A DNA stretch of 64,000 bases from Armatimonadota bacterium (GCA_043814095.1 JBDRKI010000102.1:15716-79715), one strand, 5' to 3'; counted from the stretch's first letter, positions 1-10,908 are shown. Translations and numbers: made by a program. Notes: a model not told the origin generated them from the letters alone.

Positions 1-270
1 GTAAATTTATCATAAATACCGGATTCTTTTGCAAGCAGAACCAGGTTATGAGTATACGGAGGGGTAGCTATTTTAGTAAATACATAATAACTTTTTATGC
101 TTTTTTCTATCGTTTGATGGCACATAAACCCAACATATAAATACCTGCCTCCGTCAAGCGTAACCTTAGCGCTGTCTAAGTCATATTGAGCTAATTCCAG
201 CCAATAACTAACTTTTTAGTCCATATATAATTAAATTTTATTCACTAAAATCCTTTAAGCTGAAATATTA

Positions 271-297
271 AAAGCCCCCGGGAAATCAGGGGCTTTA
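271..297 (-). terminator. Putative rho-independent terminator hairpin (AGCCCC..GGGGCT stem) just downstream of the 186-aa minus-strand gene
   Basis: GC stem AGCCCCC/GGGGCT with a short loop and a T-run on the minus strand, immediately after the stop at 323. Confidence 0.4.
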
Positions 298-322
298 TAG
301 TAGATGTAAAATTTAATTGCTT

Positions 323-883
323 TTACAGTTTTTTTGTCCATATTTGATATTCGTCATTTGTTTCTTTTCTGGTTATTTTTTTGCCTGCAGTCATTCTTAT
401 TCCTTCCCATACTACATCGTCATATTTATCCTTAAACTGGCTGATCAATTCTTTCGTTCCGTTTCTATAAATGATGTATTGTTGATATAAGCAAGCTCCC
501 GGGCTAATGCCTACATTTGCTGTTTTGAAGTAACATGTTTGGCTTGGGAATCTATTAAATATATCCTGTTTATGCTTTTCGTTCATTTCGGGATCAAAGT
601 GATCAACAATTTTTAATGAACCGTCTTTGTTAAATATCGGATATCCTTGTGTGTCCACGCCAAAACTCTCACCGGGTTTTAATTCTACTTTAAGGAATCC
701 ATCTTTAATAAGTTTATCGGGATTATCAAGCCGCAGATCGTTTAATCCGGTAATAGGATTTTTAAGTCCGCATCGTTCTAAATTGCTTAGTGCATTTTTC
801 GTAACTTGTAATGTAGCTTGTTTAGGTTGAAATTTTCTTGTTTCAGGTATTTTTGGTGCACCAAATCTGATTGGGTCTGTCAT
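323..883 (-). CDS. Hypothetical cytoplasmic protein (186 aa); no family recognised; monocistronic
   Basis: Clean 186-aa ORF with a GGAGG RBS upstream of the ATG. It has its own terminator and no motif I can assign, and is charged with no TM segment. Confidence 0.5.
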   Translation of the reverse strand: MTDPIRFGAPKIPETRKFQPKQATLQVTKNALSNLERCGLKNPITGLNDLRLDNPDKLIKDGFLKVELKPGESFGVDTQGYPIFNKDGSLKIVDHFDPEMNEKHKQDIFNRFPSQTCYFKTANVGISPGACLYQQYIIYRNGTKELISQFKDKYDDVVWEGIRMTAGKKITRKETNDEYQIWTKKL

Positions 884-917
884 AATCCACCTCCATATTT
901 TTTCTCTAATTTAATTA

Positions 918-933
918 TACATACATACATACA
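918..933. repeat. (TACA)4 tetranucleotide simple sequence repeat in the divergent promoter region
   Basis: tacatacatacataca is visible between the 186-aa gene and the amidohydrolase gene. Confidence 0.6.
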
Positions 934-1041
934 ATACTCCAAAAGACCTATTTTTCACATATTTTAGAACCATTTTTTAAAAACAGGAAAAATCTTTTAA
1001 ATCGTAGAATTTTAAGTTAAAATCAAAAAGGATATAAATTT

Positions 1042-2397
1042 ATGGATATATTAATTAAAAACGGGCTAGTTGTAACAGAAAAAGGCATAATTAAAGAAGA
1101 TATAGCCGTTAAATCAGGAAAAATCTTTAAAACAGGTAAAAATTTAACTTTTAAAGCAGGGAAGATTATTGATGCTAAAGGTAAGTATGTATTCCCCGGC
1201 TTTATTGACGCTCATACTCATATGCATCTGCCTGTGGGGAAGACTTACAGCGCTGATGATTTCCTTTCAGGAAGTTGTGCCGCCGCCGCAGGCGGTGTAA
1301 CAACCATAATTGACTTTATAACACCTATCGGTAATACGGATTTTGTAAAATCCATAAAATCACGCATTAAAGAAGCGGATAAAAAATCAATAGTTGATTT
1401 TAATTTCCGTTTTACCATAACTAATGTAGATAAGAAGACAGAATCTGTTTTAAAGAAGTTATCATCATATAACATAAACAACTTAAAAGTTTATATGGTG
1501 TATAAAGAAGCCGGCCTTATGATGGACACTGATAAGATGTTATCAGCCATGAAGCTGGCTAAAAAATATAATCTTGTATTCGGCGTACATGCAGAAGATT
1601 ATGAAACTTTATGTAAGTTAAAAAACAAACTTATAAAGCAGGGAAAAACTTCCGCTTATTATCACGCGTTATCAAGGCCGGATAAAGTTGAAGCAGATGC
1701 AGTTAAATTCTGTGTTGAACTTGCTAAGAAAGCAAAATGCAAACTGTATTTTGTTCATGTAAGCACAAAAGAAGCTGTTGATATTATAAGGAAAGCGCAG
1801 AAACAGGGCTTAAGTATATATGCGGAAACTTGCCCCCAGTACCTTTTCTTTACCAAAGAGAAATATAAAGGCAGGAACGGCACTTATTATATAGCAAGCC
1901 CTCCGTTTAGAAGCAAAAAAGATACTACTGCTTTATGGAAAGCGGTAAAAGACGGTACTATATCTGTTGTTGCAACAGACCACTGCCCGTTTAGTAAAAA
2001 ACAAAAGAAACAGGGCGGGGGAAGATTCTATAAAACATTAAACGGCCTGCCTGGTGTTGAAACATTAGCTTCATTTTTATACACTGAAGGTGTTTTAAGG
2101 AAACGAATAAGTATAAATAAAATGATGCATGTTCTGTGTTCTAATCCCGCAGGAATATTTAATATATCTTCTTTTAAAGGTAGTTTGAAAGAAGGGATGG
2201 ATGCGGATATGGTTGTATTTGATACCGGAATAAGGAAGAAGGTCAGCATTAAAAATATGCATTCTAAAACGGATTTCAATCCCTTTAACGGGATAACTTT
2301 AACCGGTTGGCCTGAATATACGGTATGCAGAGGGAAGATTATATGCCATAAAGATAAGTTTTTAGTAAAACCCGGATACGGGAAATTAGTAAGATAA
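1042..2397 (+). CDS. Cyclic amidohydrolase of the dihydropyrimidinase / D-hydantoinase family
   Basis: 451 aa with an N-terminal [14 protein letters not shown] metal-binding motif and downstream His/Asp ligands typical of dihydropyrimidinase/hydantoinase/allantoinase. AGGA RBS. Confidence 0.8.
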   Translation: MDILIKNGLVVTEKGIIKEDIAVKSGKIFKTGKNLTFKAGKIIDAKGKYVFPGFIDAHTHMHLPVGKTYSADDFLSGSCAAAAGGVTTIIDFITPIGNTDFVKSIKSRIKEADKKSIVDFNFRFTITNVDKKTESVLKKLSSYNINNLKVYMVYKEAGLMMDTDKMLSAMKLAKKYNLVFGVHAEDYETLCKLKNKLIKQGKTSAYYHALSRPDKVEADAVKFCVELAKKAKCKLYFVHVSTKEAVDIIRKAQKQGLSIYAETCPQYLFFTKEKYKGRNGTYYIASPPFRSKKDTTALWKAVKDGTISVVATDHCPFSKKQKKQGGGRFYKTLNGLPGVETLASFLYTEGVLRKRISINKMMHVLCSNPAGIFNISSFKGSLKEGMDADMVVFDTGIRKKVSIKNMHSKTDFNPFNGITLTGWPEYTVCRGKIICHKDKFLVKPGYGKLVR

Positions 2398-2419
2398 ACC
2401 TGAAATCTTGGAGGATATA

Positions 2420-4996
2420 ATGAGACTTGATAAATTTACGGTAAAAGCGCAGGAATCAATAGCTGAAGCTCAGCATTTAGCTGATGAATATAAAAATCAG
2501 GAGATTCAGCCCGAACATCTGTTTCTTGCTTTGATTGACCAGGAAGGCGGTGTTGTCCGCTCCATAATTGAAAAACTGGGTTCGAACTACGAAGCGGTAA
2601 AACCGCTTGTTATTCAGGAGATAAATAAATTTCCTAAAGTCTCTGGTGCGGTATCGCAAACATATATCTCGCCTTCATTTAAGAACCTGCTTGATGTCGC
2701 GTATAATGAGAGTACAAGGTTAAAAGACGAGTATGTAAGCACAGAGCATCTTTTCATAGCTTTAGCGAAATCTGATACTCCTTCGGGCAGAATATTAAAA
2801 AGCTTAGGCATTACCGCTGATGCTATTTATAAAGTGCTGGTTGATATAAGGGGGTCGCAGCGTGTTACCGACCAGAACCCCGAAGATAAATACCAGGCGC
2901 TTACTAAGTACGGGAGAGATCTTACCGAACTTGCAAGGAAAGGCAAGCTTGACCCCGTTATAGGAAGGGATGAAGAGATAAGGCGCACCATCCAGGTTCT
3001 CTCGCGCAGGACGAAAAATAATCCCGTTCTTATAGGCGAACCGGGCGTGGGTAAAACCGCGGTGGTTGAGGGGCTTGCCCAGCGCATAGTAAAACAGGAT
3101 GTGCCTGAAGGGCTTAAAAATAAACGCGTTATAGCTCTTGATATAGGGTCGCTTGTCGCAGGGACAAAGTTCAGGGGAGAGTTTGAAGACAGGTTTAAAG
3201 CGGTTTTGAAGGAAATACAAAATTCCGCAGGACAGATAATACTCTTTATTGACGAGCTTCATACACTTGTAGGGGCAGGCGGCGCGGAAGGCGCGGTGGA
3301 TGCCGCTAATATGATAAAACCCGCTTTAGCAAGAGGCGAACTGAGGTGCATAGGAGCTACTACCTTAGATGAATACAGGAAACATATTGAGAAAGACGCG
3401 GCGTTAGAGAGAAGGTTCCAGCCTATATATATTAAGGAGCCTTCGGTTGAGGATACAATCGCGATATTAAGGGGATTAAAAGAAAAATATGAGATTCACC
3501 ACGGTGTTCGCATAAAAGATTCGGCCATAATAGCGGCCGCGGTTTTATCAAACAGGTACATAGCCGACAGATTTCTCCCCGATAAAGCCATAGACCTTAT
3601 TGATGAGGCGGCGTCAAAATTAAGGATGGAGATAGACAGCCTGCCTACAGAGATAGATGAAATAGACAGGAAAATCATGCAGTTGGAAATTGAGAAGCAG
3701 GCGGTAAGCAAAGAAAAAGACGCTCAATCCAAGGAGAGGCTGGAGAAGATAAACAAGGAACTGGCCAAGTTAAAAGAAGAAAGCGATTCTATGAAATGTA
3801 AGTGGCAGAAAGAAAAAGATGGTATTATAAAAATACAGAAGATAAAAGAAGATATGGAATCTGCTAAGCATGAGGAAGAAGAAGCTGAGAGAAAAGGGGA
3901 TCTCCAGAAAGTAGCAGAGTTAAGATACGGGAAACTGGCCGAACTTCAGAAGGAACTGGATAAAGAGAATAAAGCCCTTGAGAAGATGCAGAAAGAACAT
4001 AAATTCTTAAAAGAAGAAGTGGATGAAGAAGACGTGGCGGAAGTCGTCTCAAAATGGACAGGGATCCCTGTTTCTAAGATGCTTGAAAGCGAGATGCAGA
4101 AGCTTATACATATGGAAGAAGACTTAAGAAAAAGAGTAGTAGGGCAGGATGAAGCGATCTTTGCGGTGGCAAACGCAATAAGGCGTTCACGCGCGGGAAT
4201 ATCTGATGAGAACAAGCCCATGGGTTCATTTTTGTTTTTAGGCCCTACGGGTGTAGGCAAGACCGAGCTTACCAAAGCTCTGGCGGAATTTTTATTCGGT
4301 GACGAGAAGGCAATGGTCCGCATAGATATGTCTGAGTACATGGAAAAGCACTCTGTCGCGAGATTGATAGGAGCGCCTCCCGGTTATGTAGGTTATGAAG
4401 AAGGGGGCCAGCTTACCGAAGCCGTGCGCCGGAGGCCTTACAGCGTTATACTATTAGACGAGATAGAGAAAGCCCATACGGATGTATTTAATGTACTGCT
4501 CCAGATACTTGATGACGGGAGACTGACCGACGGTCAGGGCAGGACAGTAGATTTCAGAAACACGCTTATCGTAATGACATCCAATATAGGGAGCCAGTAT
4601 ATAAGGGAGTACGGCCAGAGCGAGCCTGAACTTATGAAGAAAAAGGTTACAGAAGAGCTTAACAACCATTTCAGGCCGGAATTTTTAAACAGGATTGATG
4701 AGATCGTCTTCTTTAACCAGTTAACCAAAGAAGATATAGGAAAAATTATTGATCTTCAGATAGCATATTTAGATAAACGGTTAAAGCTGAGAAAGATAGA
4801 TGTTGAATTAACCGATAAAGCGAAAGAATACATAGCCAATGTGGGTTTTGATCCTGTTTTCGGAGCAAGGCCCATAAAAAGAGCCATACAGAAATATATT
4901 CAGGATCCCTTAGCGATGAAAATATTAAGCGGTGACATAAAAGAAGGCTCTAAAGTAAAAATAGACTGCGCCGGAGGCGAGATAGTTATTAAATAG
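2420..4996 (+). CDS. clpB: ATP-dependent chaperone ClpB (AAA+ disaggregase with a long coiled-coil M-domain)
   Basis: Two Walker A boxes ([16 protein letters not shown]), a Clp_N domain and a long KE-rich coiled-coil insert between the NBDs. No ClpP-binding tripeptide. GGAGG RBS 6 nt before the ATG at 2420; the ORF-track start at 2408 is TTG. Confidence 0.9.
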   Translation: MRLDKFTVKAQESIAEAQHLADEYKNQEIQPEHLFLALIDQEGGVVRSIIEKLGSNYEAVKPLVIQEINKFPKVSGAVSQTYISPSFKNLLDVAYNESTRLKDEYVSTEHLFIALAKSDTPSGRILKSLGITADAIYKVLVDIRGSQRVTDQNPEDKYQALTKYGRDLTELARKGKLDPVIGRDEEIRRTIQVLSRRTKNNPVLIGEPGVGKTAVVEGLAQRIVKQDVPEGLKNKRVIALDIGSLVAGTKFRGEFEDRFKAVLKEIQNSAGQIILFIDELHTLVGAGGAEGAVDAANMIKPALARGELRCIGATTLDEYRKHIEKDAALERRFQPIYIKEPSVEDTIAILRGLKEKYEIHHGVRIKDSAIIAAAVLSNRYIADRFLPDKAIDLIDEAASKLRMEIDSLPTEIDEIDRKIMQLEIEKQAVSKEKDAQSKERLEKINKELAKLKEESDSMKCKWQKEKDGIIKIQKIKEDMESAKHEEEEAERKGDLQKVAELRYGKLAELQKELDKENKALEKMQKEHKFLKEEVDEEDVAEVVSKWTGIPVSKMLESEMQKLIHMEEDLRKRVVGQDEAIFAVANAIRRSRAGISDENKPMGSFLFLGPTGVGKTELTKALAEFLFGDEKAMVRIDMSEYMEKHSVARLIGAPPGYVGYEEGGQLTEAVRRRPYSVILLDEIEKAHTDVFNVLLQILDDGRLTDGQGRTVDFRNTLIVMTSNIGSQYIREYGQSEPELMKKKVTEELNNHFRPEFLNRIDEIVFFNQLTKEDIGKIIDLQIAYLDKRLKLRKIDVELTDKAKEYIANVGFDPVFGARPIKRAIQKYIQDPLAMKILSGDIKEGSKVKIDCAGGEIVIK

Positions 4997-5001
4997 TGTT
5001 T

Positions 5002-7176
5002 TTATATCGGCGCTTTTGAGTCTTTTAAAATTTCGGGGAGTTTATCCGTTATTTTAAGAAAAGCATCAACAACCGCCGGGTCAAATTTAATTCCCTTAAG
5101 CTTTTTTATTTCTTCCACTGCTTCTTCGGTATCCATGGCTTTTCTGTAAGGCCTGTCGGTAGTTATGGCGTCATAGTAATCAGCCAGTCCGATAATTTTA
5201 GCCCCAAGGGGGATTTCCGCGCCTTTTAGGCGGGCCGGGTAGCCGGATCCGTCTATGTTTTCATGATGCGCCCTTACCAGAGGAGTGACATTGTCTAAAA
5301 AATGTATTTCTTTAAGTATTTCATAACCGCGCGCGGGATGGGACCGCATTATTTCCTGCTCATCTTCCGTTAACGCGCTCTTTTTCAGGAGAATTTCGTC
5401 TCTTATGCCGATTTTGCCTATATCGTGAAGATAACCGGCTATTTCTATCTTGGAAATTTCTTCACTGGGTAAACCCATCTCGCGGGCGATATATCCCGAT
5501 ATTTTTGACACTCTGTCCGAATGGTACTGGGTATAGGGATCTCTCGCGTCTACCGCTTTTACCAGGGATTTAAGAGTGTCTTTGTATGACTGCTTCAGAT
5601 CCTTATAAAGATCTCCTACTTTTTGCCCCTGCTGGGCGTGTTCCACTCCTATAACAGCCAGAAGCTGAAGGGTTGAGAAAAGCGTAAGATCTACGTCTGA
5701 GCTAATAATTAATTCAGATGCTTTCTGAAACTGTGATATGGCATTATTAAAGTCGCCGCTTCTTGAACTTGCGGCGCCCAGAGCAAAATAAGCGTGAGCG
5801 CTGGAAGGGTTTAATTCCAGTATTTTTTCATAAGATTTTATTGCTTTGTCAAAATCCTGCAGTTTAAAATAAACGGCGCCTAAATAATAGTAAGCGTACA
5901 TATCTATGGGATTTATCTGTATTGTTTTTTGGAGTTCTTCTATAGCCTGAGTAAGCTTGTTTAATTTAAAATATGTCACACCGAGAAGGTTTCTGGCAAA
6001 AGCATCCTTGGGATTAATATTCAAGGTCTTTTTAAATGACTCGGCCGCTTCAGGAAGCTTATTTAAGCGCAGGTAAACCTGGCCCAGACTGTAATGCGCG
6101 TAGCCGTGAGAGGGCACAAGACTTATCACCGTTTTATATTCCTTTACGGCTTCATCTAATTTTCCGAGCTGAGTGTAAACTTCAGCCGTATAATAACGGA
6201 CATCATCATCTTCAGGGTAAAGTTCAGTAACTTTCTGGAAGTATTTTAACGCAAGTTCGGCTTTACCGAGATTTTTATAAAGGAGCGCAAGGTTGAAATT
6301 CGCTTCTCTGTAATCGGGTTTTATCCGCAAAGCCAGATGGTATTCTTCAATTGCCTCATCCATTTTAAATTGTTTTTCAAATATTTTTGCCAGCTCAAAA
6401 TGAGGTTCGGCAAAATCGGGATCCGTATCGGCAGATTTTTTAATGAAAGAAACAGCGTCATTAAAGTTATTCTGCATTGAATAAATAAGCCCCAGGTAGT
6501 AATTGGCAAGTATGTGATTAGGTTTGGTTCTTAATATGTGTTCAAGGTTCTTTAAGCTTTCGGCTATTTTTCCTTCTTTATAAAGGGACGCGCATAATGC
6601 GGAGATGACGGGGATGCTGTTCGGTTTTTGTTTTAACTCTTCTTTGAAGTGATCTGAAGCCTGCTTTTTGTCGCCGAGCAATGAGTAAATAAAGCCCAGG
6701 TAATAATTTGCCATTTCAAAATTAGGTGATTTCGCGATAAGCTCCCGGAAAGCGTCTTGGGCTTTCTTGTAATCTTTTAAGAAAATAAAAGCCTTGCCCG
6801 CGTTGGAACACGTAAAGGGGTGAGTATTCTGGGTATTAAGGTATTTTTCCCATAAATCTATGCATTTTTTTATAATATCCTGTTTATTATAATAATTAAT
6901 CTTATCTATCCGCAAATTACCGTCAGAATCTATGATTTTTTCCCATGAAGATATAGCTTCGCTGAAACGCCCTTTCAGAGTGTAAATAAGGCCCAGATTA
7001 AACAGAGCTTGATGCAAAAATATGTTGTATTGCAAGGCTTTTTCGTATTCGGTAAGAGCGTCATCTATATCGCCGTTTTCATCTAAAAGCAGGGCCAGTT
7101 CATAGTAAGCTTGCGCGCTATCCGGATTTTGTTCTGATTTTTGTCTTGCTTTTTTTATGAGTATGTCATTTTTCAT
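5002..7176 (-). CDS. TPR-repeat protein fused to a C-terminal HD-GYP phosphodiesterase domain (c-di-GMP signalling)
   Basis: About 13 TPR-like repeats in the N-terminal ~500 aa. The C-terminal part carries HD..HDIGK..HHE..GSGYP motifs. Confidence 0.8.
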   Translation of the reverse strand: MKNDILIKKARQKSEQNPDSAQAYYELALLLDENGDIDDALTEYEKALQYNIFLHQALFNLGLIYTLKGRFSEAISSWEKIIDSDGNLRIDKINYYNKQDIIKKCIDLWEKYLNTQNTHPFTCSNAGKAFIFLKDYKKAQDAFRELIAKSPNFEMANYYLGFIYSLLGDKKQASDHFKEELKQKPNSIPVISALCASLYKEGKIAESLKNLEHILRTKPNHILANYYLGLIYSMQNNFNDAVSFIKKSADTDPDFAEPHFELAKIFEKQFKMDEAIEEYHLALRIKPDYREANFNLALLYKNLGKAELALKYFQKVTELYPEDDDVRYYTAEVYTQLGKLDEAVKEYKTVISLVPSHGYAHYSLGQVYLRLNKLPEAAESFKKTLNINPKDAFARNLLGVTYFKLNKLTQAIEELQKTIQINPIDMYAYYYLGAVYFKLQDFDKAIKSYEKILELNPSSAHAYFALGAASSRSGDFNNAISQFQKASELIISSDVDLTLFSTLQLLAVIGVEHAQQGQKVGDLYKDLKQSYKDTLKSLVKAVDARDPYTQYHSDRVSKISGYIAREMGLPSEEISKIEIAGYLHDIGKIGIRDEILLKKSALTEDEQEIMRSHPARGYEILKEIHFLDNVTPLVRAHHENIDGSGYPARLKGAEIPLGAKIIGLADYYDAITTDRPYRKAMDTEEAVEEIKKLKGIKFDPAVVDAFLKITDKLPEILKDSKAPI

Positions 7177-7339
7177 AACCCGATTAACTTTCTATAATCG
7201 GGAGAGAATTCCTTTATGCTTAAAATATTTTATGATATTTTTCAATATTTAGAAGGATTTTACATGTACTTAATAGAAAAAAAGCTTAACTTTAATATTT
7301 AACAAGATAATATATATTTGCAGGAGGTTCGCAGTAAAT

Positions 7340-8062
7340 ATGCCAGCTCAAGAATTAGTAAAATTTAAAGGCACAAGACACGGCTTATTAATAAGCTTTA
7401 ACGAAGATGAAAATCTTTCCAGAATTCTGGAAGAATTCAAGGATAAAATAAATGATAACGGATCTTTTTTCAGAAACGCTCCCATCAGCCTTGATCTGGG
7501 CTGGAGGGAAGTGAATAATGATGATTTTACATCCCTTTATGATTTTTTAAACAACAACGAACTTAAACTTACGGGAATTATAAGTTCTTCAGCGTATACC
7601 AGAGGAATTGCCGAGTCTTACGGCATAAAAGTTATAATAGGCCGGCTCGGGCTGGCCCAGCATGAGGGAAGGATCAAAAAACAAAAAGAAAAACAGAAGA
7701 GTTCATTAGAAGAAAAAGTTAATGACAAGGAAAAATCTATATTAATTAAGAAGACATTAAGGTCAGGTCAGAAAATAAAATATCAGGGCAATGTCGTGAT
7801 TGTCGGAGACGTAAACCCCGGAGCCGAGGTTGAAGCAGGCGGGGATATTGTTGTGTGGGGAAGCGTAAGGGGTATTGTACATGCCGGCGCCTACGGACAA
7901 AGAGATGATTCCTGTGTAATCGCGATGAATATTATTCCCGCGCAGATGAGAATAGGGGACGGTTTTGCGTTGATAAGATATGAGAAGAAACTGGATGATA
8001 AATCGTTAAAGGTAGCCAGGCTTAAAGGACCTGAAATACTGGTAAGCAATTATAATAAATAG
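7340..8062 (+). CDS. minC: Septum site-determining protein MinC
   Basis: 240 aa with a C-terminal beta-helix region (GNVVIVGDVNPGAEVEAGGDIVVWG). Lies directly upstream of minD and minE. Confidence 0.8.
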   Translation: MPAQELVKFKGTRHGLLISFNEDENLSRILEEFKDKINDNGSFFRNAPISLDLGWREVNNDDFTSLYDFLNNNELKLTGIISSSAYTRGIAESYGIKVIIGRLGLAQHEGRIKKQKEKQKSSLEEKVNDKEKSILIKKTLRSGQKIKYQGNVVIVGDVNPGAEVEAGGDIVVWGSVRGIVHAGAYGQRDDSCVIAMNIIPAQMRIGDGFALIRYEKKLDDKSLKVARLKGPEILVSNYNK

Positions 8063-8074
8063 ACGGGGGAAAAT

Positions 8075-8899
8075 ATGGGAAAAGTAATAGTAATAACTTC
8101 TGGAAAAGGCGGTGTCGGCAAGACGACTGCTACCGCGAATATAGGCAGCGGCCTGGCCAAGCAGGGAAAAAGAGTGGTTATGATTGATGCCGACATAGGT
8201 CTTAGGAATCTTGATCTTGTTATGGGCCTGGAAAACAGAATAGTATTCAATCTGGTTGATGTTGTTGAAGGCAAATGCCGTTCGTATAAACAAGCTATTA
8301 TTAAAGATAAAAGATTCGATAATCTGTTCTTAATGCCGTCAGCCCAGTCCAGAGAGAAAGACGCCGTATCTCCGGAACAGATGAAAAGCTTATGCGATGA
8401 ATTAAAACAAGAATTTGATTTTATACTGCTTGATTGTCCCGCAGGCATAGAACAGGGATTTAGAAACGCGGTTGCTGGCGCCGATGAAGCGGTTATTGTC
8501 ACAAATCCGGAGGTTTCATCCATAAGGGACGCCGACAGGATAATAGGGCTTCTGGAAGCGGATGAACTTTCCAGAAATATGCACATAATCATTAACAGGA
8601 TTAAGAGCGATAAAATAAAGCGAGGGGACATGCTCAGCATTAATGATGTTAAAGATATTCTTAATATCGGAATACTGGGTGTTGTTCCCGAGGACGAGAA
8701 GATACTTACGGCTTCAAATAAGGGTGAACCCGTTGTTTTAGATCTTAACTCTAAGGCAGGGGAGGCCTACAGGCATATCGTACAGAGAATTCTTGATCCG
8801 GAAGTAACTCTTTATGTGCCGGGACAGAACGGCGGATGGTTTAATAAATTAAAGAATATTTTCATGGGGAAGAAAGCCGAAGAGACCGTAACAAATTAA
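8075..8899 (+). CDS. minD: Septum site-determining ATPase MinD
   Basis: Deviant Walker A (SGKGGVGKTT) and ParA/MinD-family conservation throughout. Confidence 0.92.
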   Translation: MGKVIVITSGKGGVGKTTATANIGSGLAKQGKRVVMIDADIGLRNLDLVMGLENRIVFNLVDVVEGKCRSYKQAIIKDKRFDNLFLMPSAQSREKDAVSPEQMKSLCDELKQEFDFILLDCPAGIEQGFRNAVAGADEAVIVTNPEVSSIRDADRIIGLLEADELSRNMHIIINRIKSDKIKRGDMLSINDVKDILNIGILGVVPEDEKILTASNKGEPVVLDLNSKAGEAYRHIVQRILDPEVTLYVPGQNGGWFNKLKNIFMGKKAEETVTN

Positions 8900-8924
8900 T
8901 ACAGCAAGTGATAAGGGGGAGTAA

Positions 8925-9416
8925 GTGATAGGATTTTTAAGAAAGTTTACTTTCATACAGAAAATACTGGGTATTGACGGGGAAAGCGGCAAAGTGGCGA
9001 AAGACAGGCTGAAGCTTGTCTTAATACATGACAGATCATCCATCTCTCCGCAGCTTATGGAAAATTTAAAGTATGATCTTATAGGCATCATATCCAAATA
9101 TATGGTTATAGATGAAGAATCCATAGAGATGGGCCTGGATAATAAAAACGGCACCGTCGCTCTGGCGGCAAATATCCCAATTTTGAAAATAAAATCTTTA
9201 GACGGTGATTCCGAACAGCTGGAGCTGATTAAAGAGGAACAGAAAGAAGTTAAAAAAGAAGAAAAGCTTGTTAAAGAAGAGGAAAAGCCTAAAACAACCC
9301 CTAAAAGATCGCCTAAAAGGCAGCAGAGTTATTCTTCCATGGTGAAAACCAGAAGAAGATCCTATAAAAATTACAGATCAAAGAAAAAGGTAAGAAAAGC
9401 TTCAATATCAACATAA
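8925..9416 (+). CDS. minE: Cell division topological specificity factor MinE with an extended K/E-rich C-terminal tail
   Basis: N-terminal MinE signature (FLRKF..KDRLKLVLIHDR). At 163 aa it is much longer than the typical ~90 aa because of a lysine/glutamate-rich C-terminal extension. Confidence 0.8.
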   Translation: MIGFLRKFTFIQKILGIDGESGKVAKDRLKLVLIHDRSSISPQLMENLKYDLIGIISKYMVIDEESIEMGLDNKNGTVALAANIPILKIKSLDGDSEQLELIKEEQKEVKKEEKLVKEEEKPKTTPKRSPKRQQSYSSMVKTRRRSYKNYRSKKKVRKASIST

Positions 9417-9441
9417 CCGAAAAACATATTAAGGTATTAAA

Positions 9442-9475
9442 GGGTCGAGGTGTCATTTGATACCTTGACCCTTTG
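9442..9475 (+). terminator. Hairpin (GGGTCGAGGT..ACCTTGACCC) plus T-run after minE
   Basis: 10-bp stem with one G-U pair, a 10-nt loop and TTTG following. It sits between minE and rodA. Confidence 0.4.
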
Positions 9476-9498
9476 ACTATAAGAAACGGATAAAACAG

Positions 9499-10581
9499 AT
9501 GTATTTCTGGCTTTGGAAAAAATTAGATTATAAACTTCTGGCGGTTACATTATTAATTGTAGCTTACGGTTTTTTAATTTTATACAGTGCTTCCGCCTTC
9601 AGCCAGGAAGATTCATCCGCCTGGATAAGGCAGCTTATTTACCTGCCGGTTGCCCTTATTTTTCTGGTAATATTTTCTTTGATTGATTATGAGTTCTGGG
9701 GCAAAAAAATCAATCTCCTTTACGGTTTTAACCTGATACTTCTTATCCTTGTTCTTGTTGCGGGGCATCACGCGATGGGAGCTCAAAGATGGCTGGGCTT
9801 CGGAAATTTTGTTTTTCAACCCTCGGAGCTTGCAAAATTAATTATGATTATTGTTGTTGCGAAATTACTTTCAGATATGCCTGAAGAGGTAAACTTAAGA
9901 ACTGTTATAAAGCCGGCTGTCCTTACTTTTATTCCCTTGATTTTGATACTGGTACAACCTGATCTTGGCACCGCGCTGGTTATAGCATTTATTTTTATGC
10001 TTATGCTTTATATGAAAGGCTTCAATGTTTTTTACATACTTGCCGTTAGCATAGCCGGTATAGCGGCTTCCCCGTTTGTTTTAAAAGATTATCAGAAGGC
10101 AAGATTGTTTGTTTTTCTTAATCCGGATAAAGACCCCATGGGCGCAGGGTGGAATCTTATCCAGTCTAAGATAGCCATAGGTTCGGGGATGCTCTTCGGC
10201 AAAGGCCTGTTCGCGAGCACCCAGGGGCACTTAAATTTTGTGCCTGAACACTGCACGGATTTTATCTTTACTGTTTTAGCGGAGGAGTTTGGTCTCGCGG
10301 GCAGTCTTGTTCTTTTAATCCTTTTTGCCTTATTTTTATACAGGTGTATTAAAACAGCGGTAACCGCCAAAGATTCATTCGGCAGCCTTCTCGCGGTCGG
10401 AATAACGGGCATGTTTTTTTTCCATATAATTGTTAATATAGGCATGACCTTGGGAATTATGCCTATTACAGGGATCCCTTTAATATTCATGAGTTACGGC
10501 GGGAGCTCTTTGCTGACAAATATGATGGCTGTAGGGATACTGTTAAGCATAAGCATGAGAAGGGAAAAATTATTTATTTAA
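9499..10581 (+). CDS. rodA: SEDS-family peptidoglycan polymerase RodA (rod shape-determining)
   Basis: 360-aa polytopic membrane protein of the FtsW/RodA/SpoVE family. Located after minCDE as in Firmicutes-type operons. Confidence 0.8.
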   Translation: MYFWLWKKLDYKLLAVTLLIVAYGFLILYSASAFSQEDSSAWIRQLIYLPVALIFLVIFSLIDYEFWGKKINLLYGFNLILLILVLVAGHHAMGAQRWLGFGNFVFQPSELAKLIMIIVVAKLLSDMPEEVNLRTVIKPAVLTFIPLILILVQPDLGTALVIAFIFMLMLYMKGFNVFYILAVSIAGIAASPFVLKDYQKARLFVFLNPDKDPMGAGWNLIQSKIAIGSGMLFGKGLFASTQGHLNFVPEHCTDFIFTVLAEEFGLAGSLVLLILFALFLYRCIKTAVTAKDSFGSLLAVGITGMFFFHIIVNIGMTLGIMPITGIPLIFMSYGGSSLLTNMMAVGILLSISMRREKLFI

Positions 10582-10611
10582 AGTATAAATAAGAAAACAG
10601 GAGGAGGATTT

Positions 10612-10905
10612 ATGGACAATCAGACGCCGGAGTTTAACAAAGAAAGAGAAAAAATAGAAAAGATGGTAAATCTGTATTCAGAAAAAGCCGGATACAGGCT
10701 TAATGATAATCCTGAAATGCTTAATATGGTTATAGACGGATTAACTAATAATAAGATTAAATACGGATTTGCTTACTGCCCATGCAGGGTGGTTACGGAA
10801 GATAAAAAAGAAGACGCCAAAATTATATGTCCGTGTATTTACCATAAAGATGAGATTAAAAACGACGGCCACTGCCACTGCCACCTGTATTTTAAAAGGA
10901 GTTAA
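10612..10905 (+). CDS. Ferredoxin:thioredoxin reductase catalytic-subunit-like protein (FTR-like)
   Basis: 97 aa with a CPC..CPC..CHC cysteine pattern typical of the FTR catalytic beta chain. Strong AGGAGGAGGA RBS. Confidence 0.65.
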   Translation: MDNQTPEFNKEREKIEKMVNLYSEKAGYRLNDNPEMLNMVIDGLTNNKIKYGFAYCPCRVVTEDKKEDAKIICPCIYHKDEIKNDGHCHCHLYFKRS

Positions 10906-10908
10906 GAA

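Noticed and set aside
1-270. Possible gene fragment at the 5' edge of the window
   Set aside because: All six frames contain stops within ~150 nt and no RBS-start pair gives more than ~15 aa. It is treated as non-coding (promoter or terminator region, possibly a structured RNA).
945-955. 11-mer AGACCTATTTT shared between the promoter region at 945 and the ctpA upstream region at 19262
   Set aside because: It is a single short match in an AT-rich genome with no surrounding similarity. It is most likely chance.
9455-9475. TTGACCCTTTGACT resembling a CtsR heptad operator (GGTCAAA repeats)
   Set aside because: The spacing (1 nt) and orientation do not fit the A/GGTCAAA-NAN-A/GGTCAAA consensus. 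The sequence is better explained as the right arm of the terminator hairpin after minE. No CIRCE element is seen upstream of clpB either.
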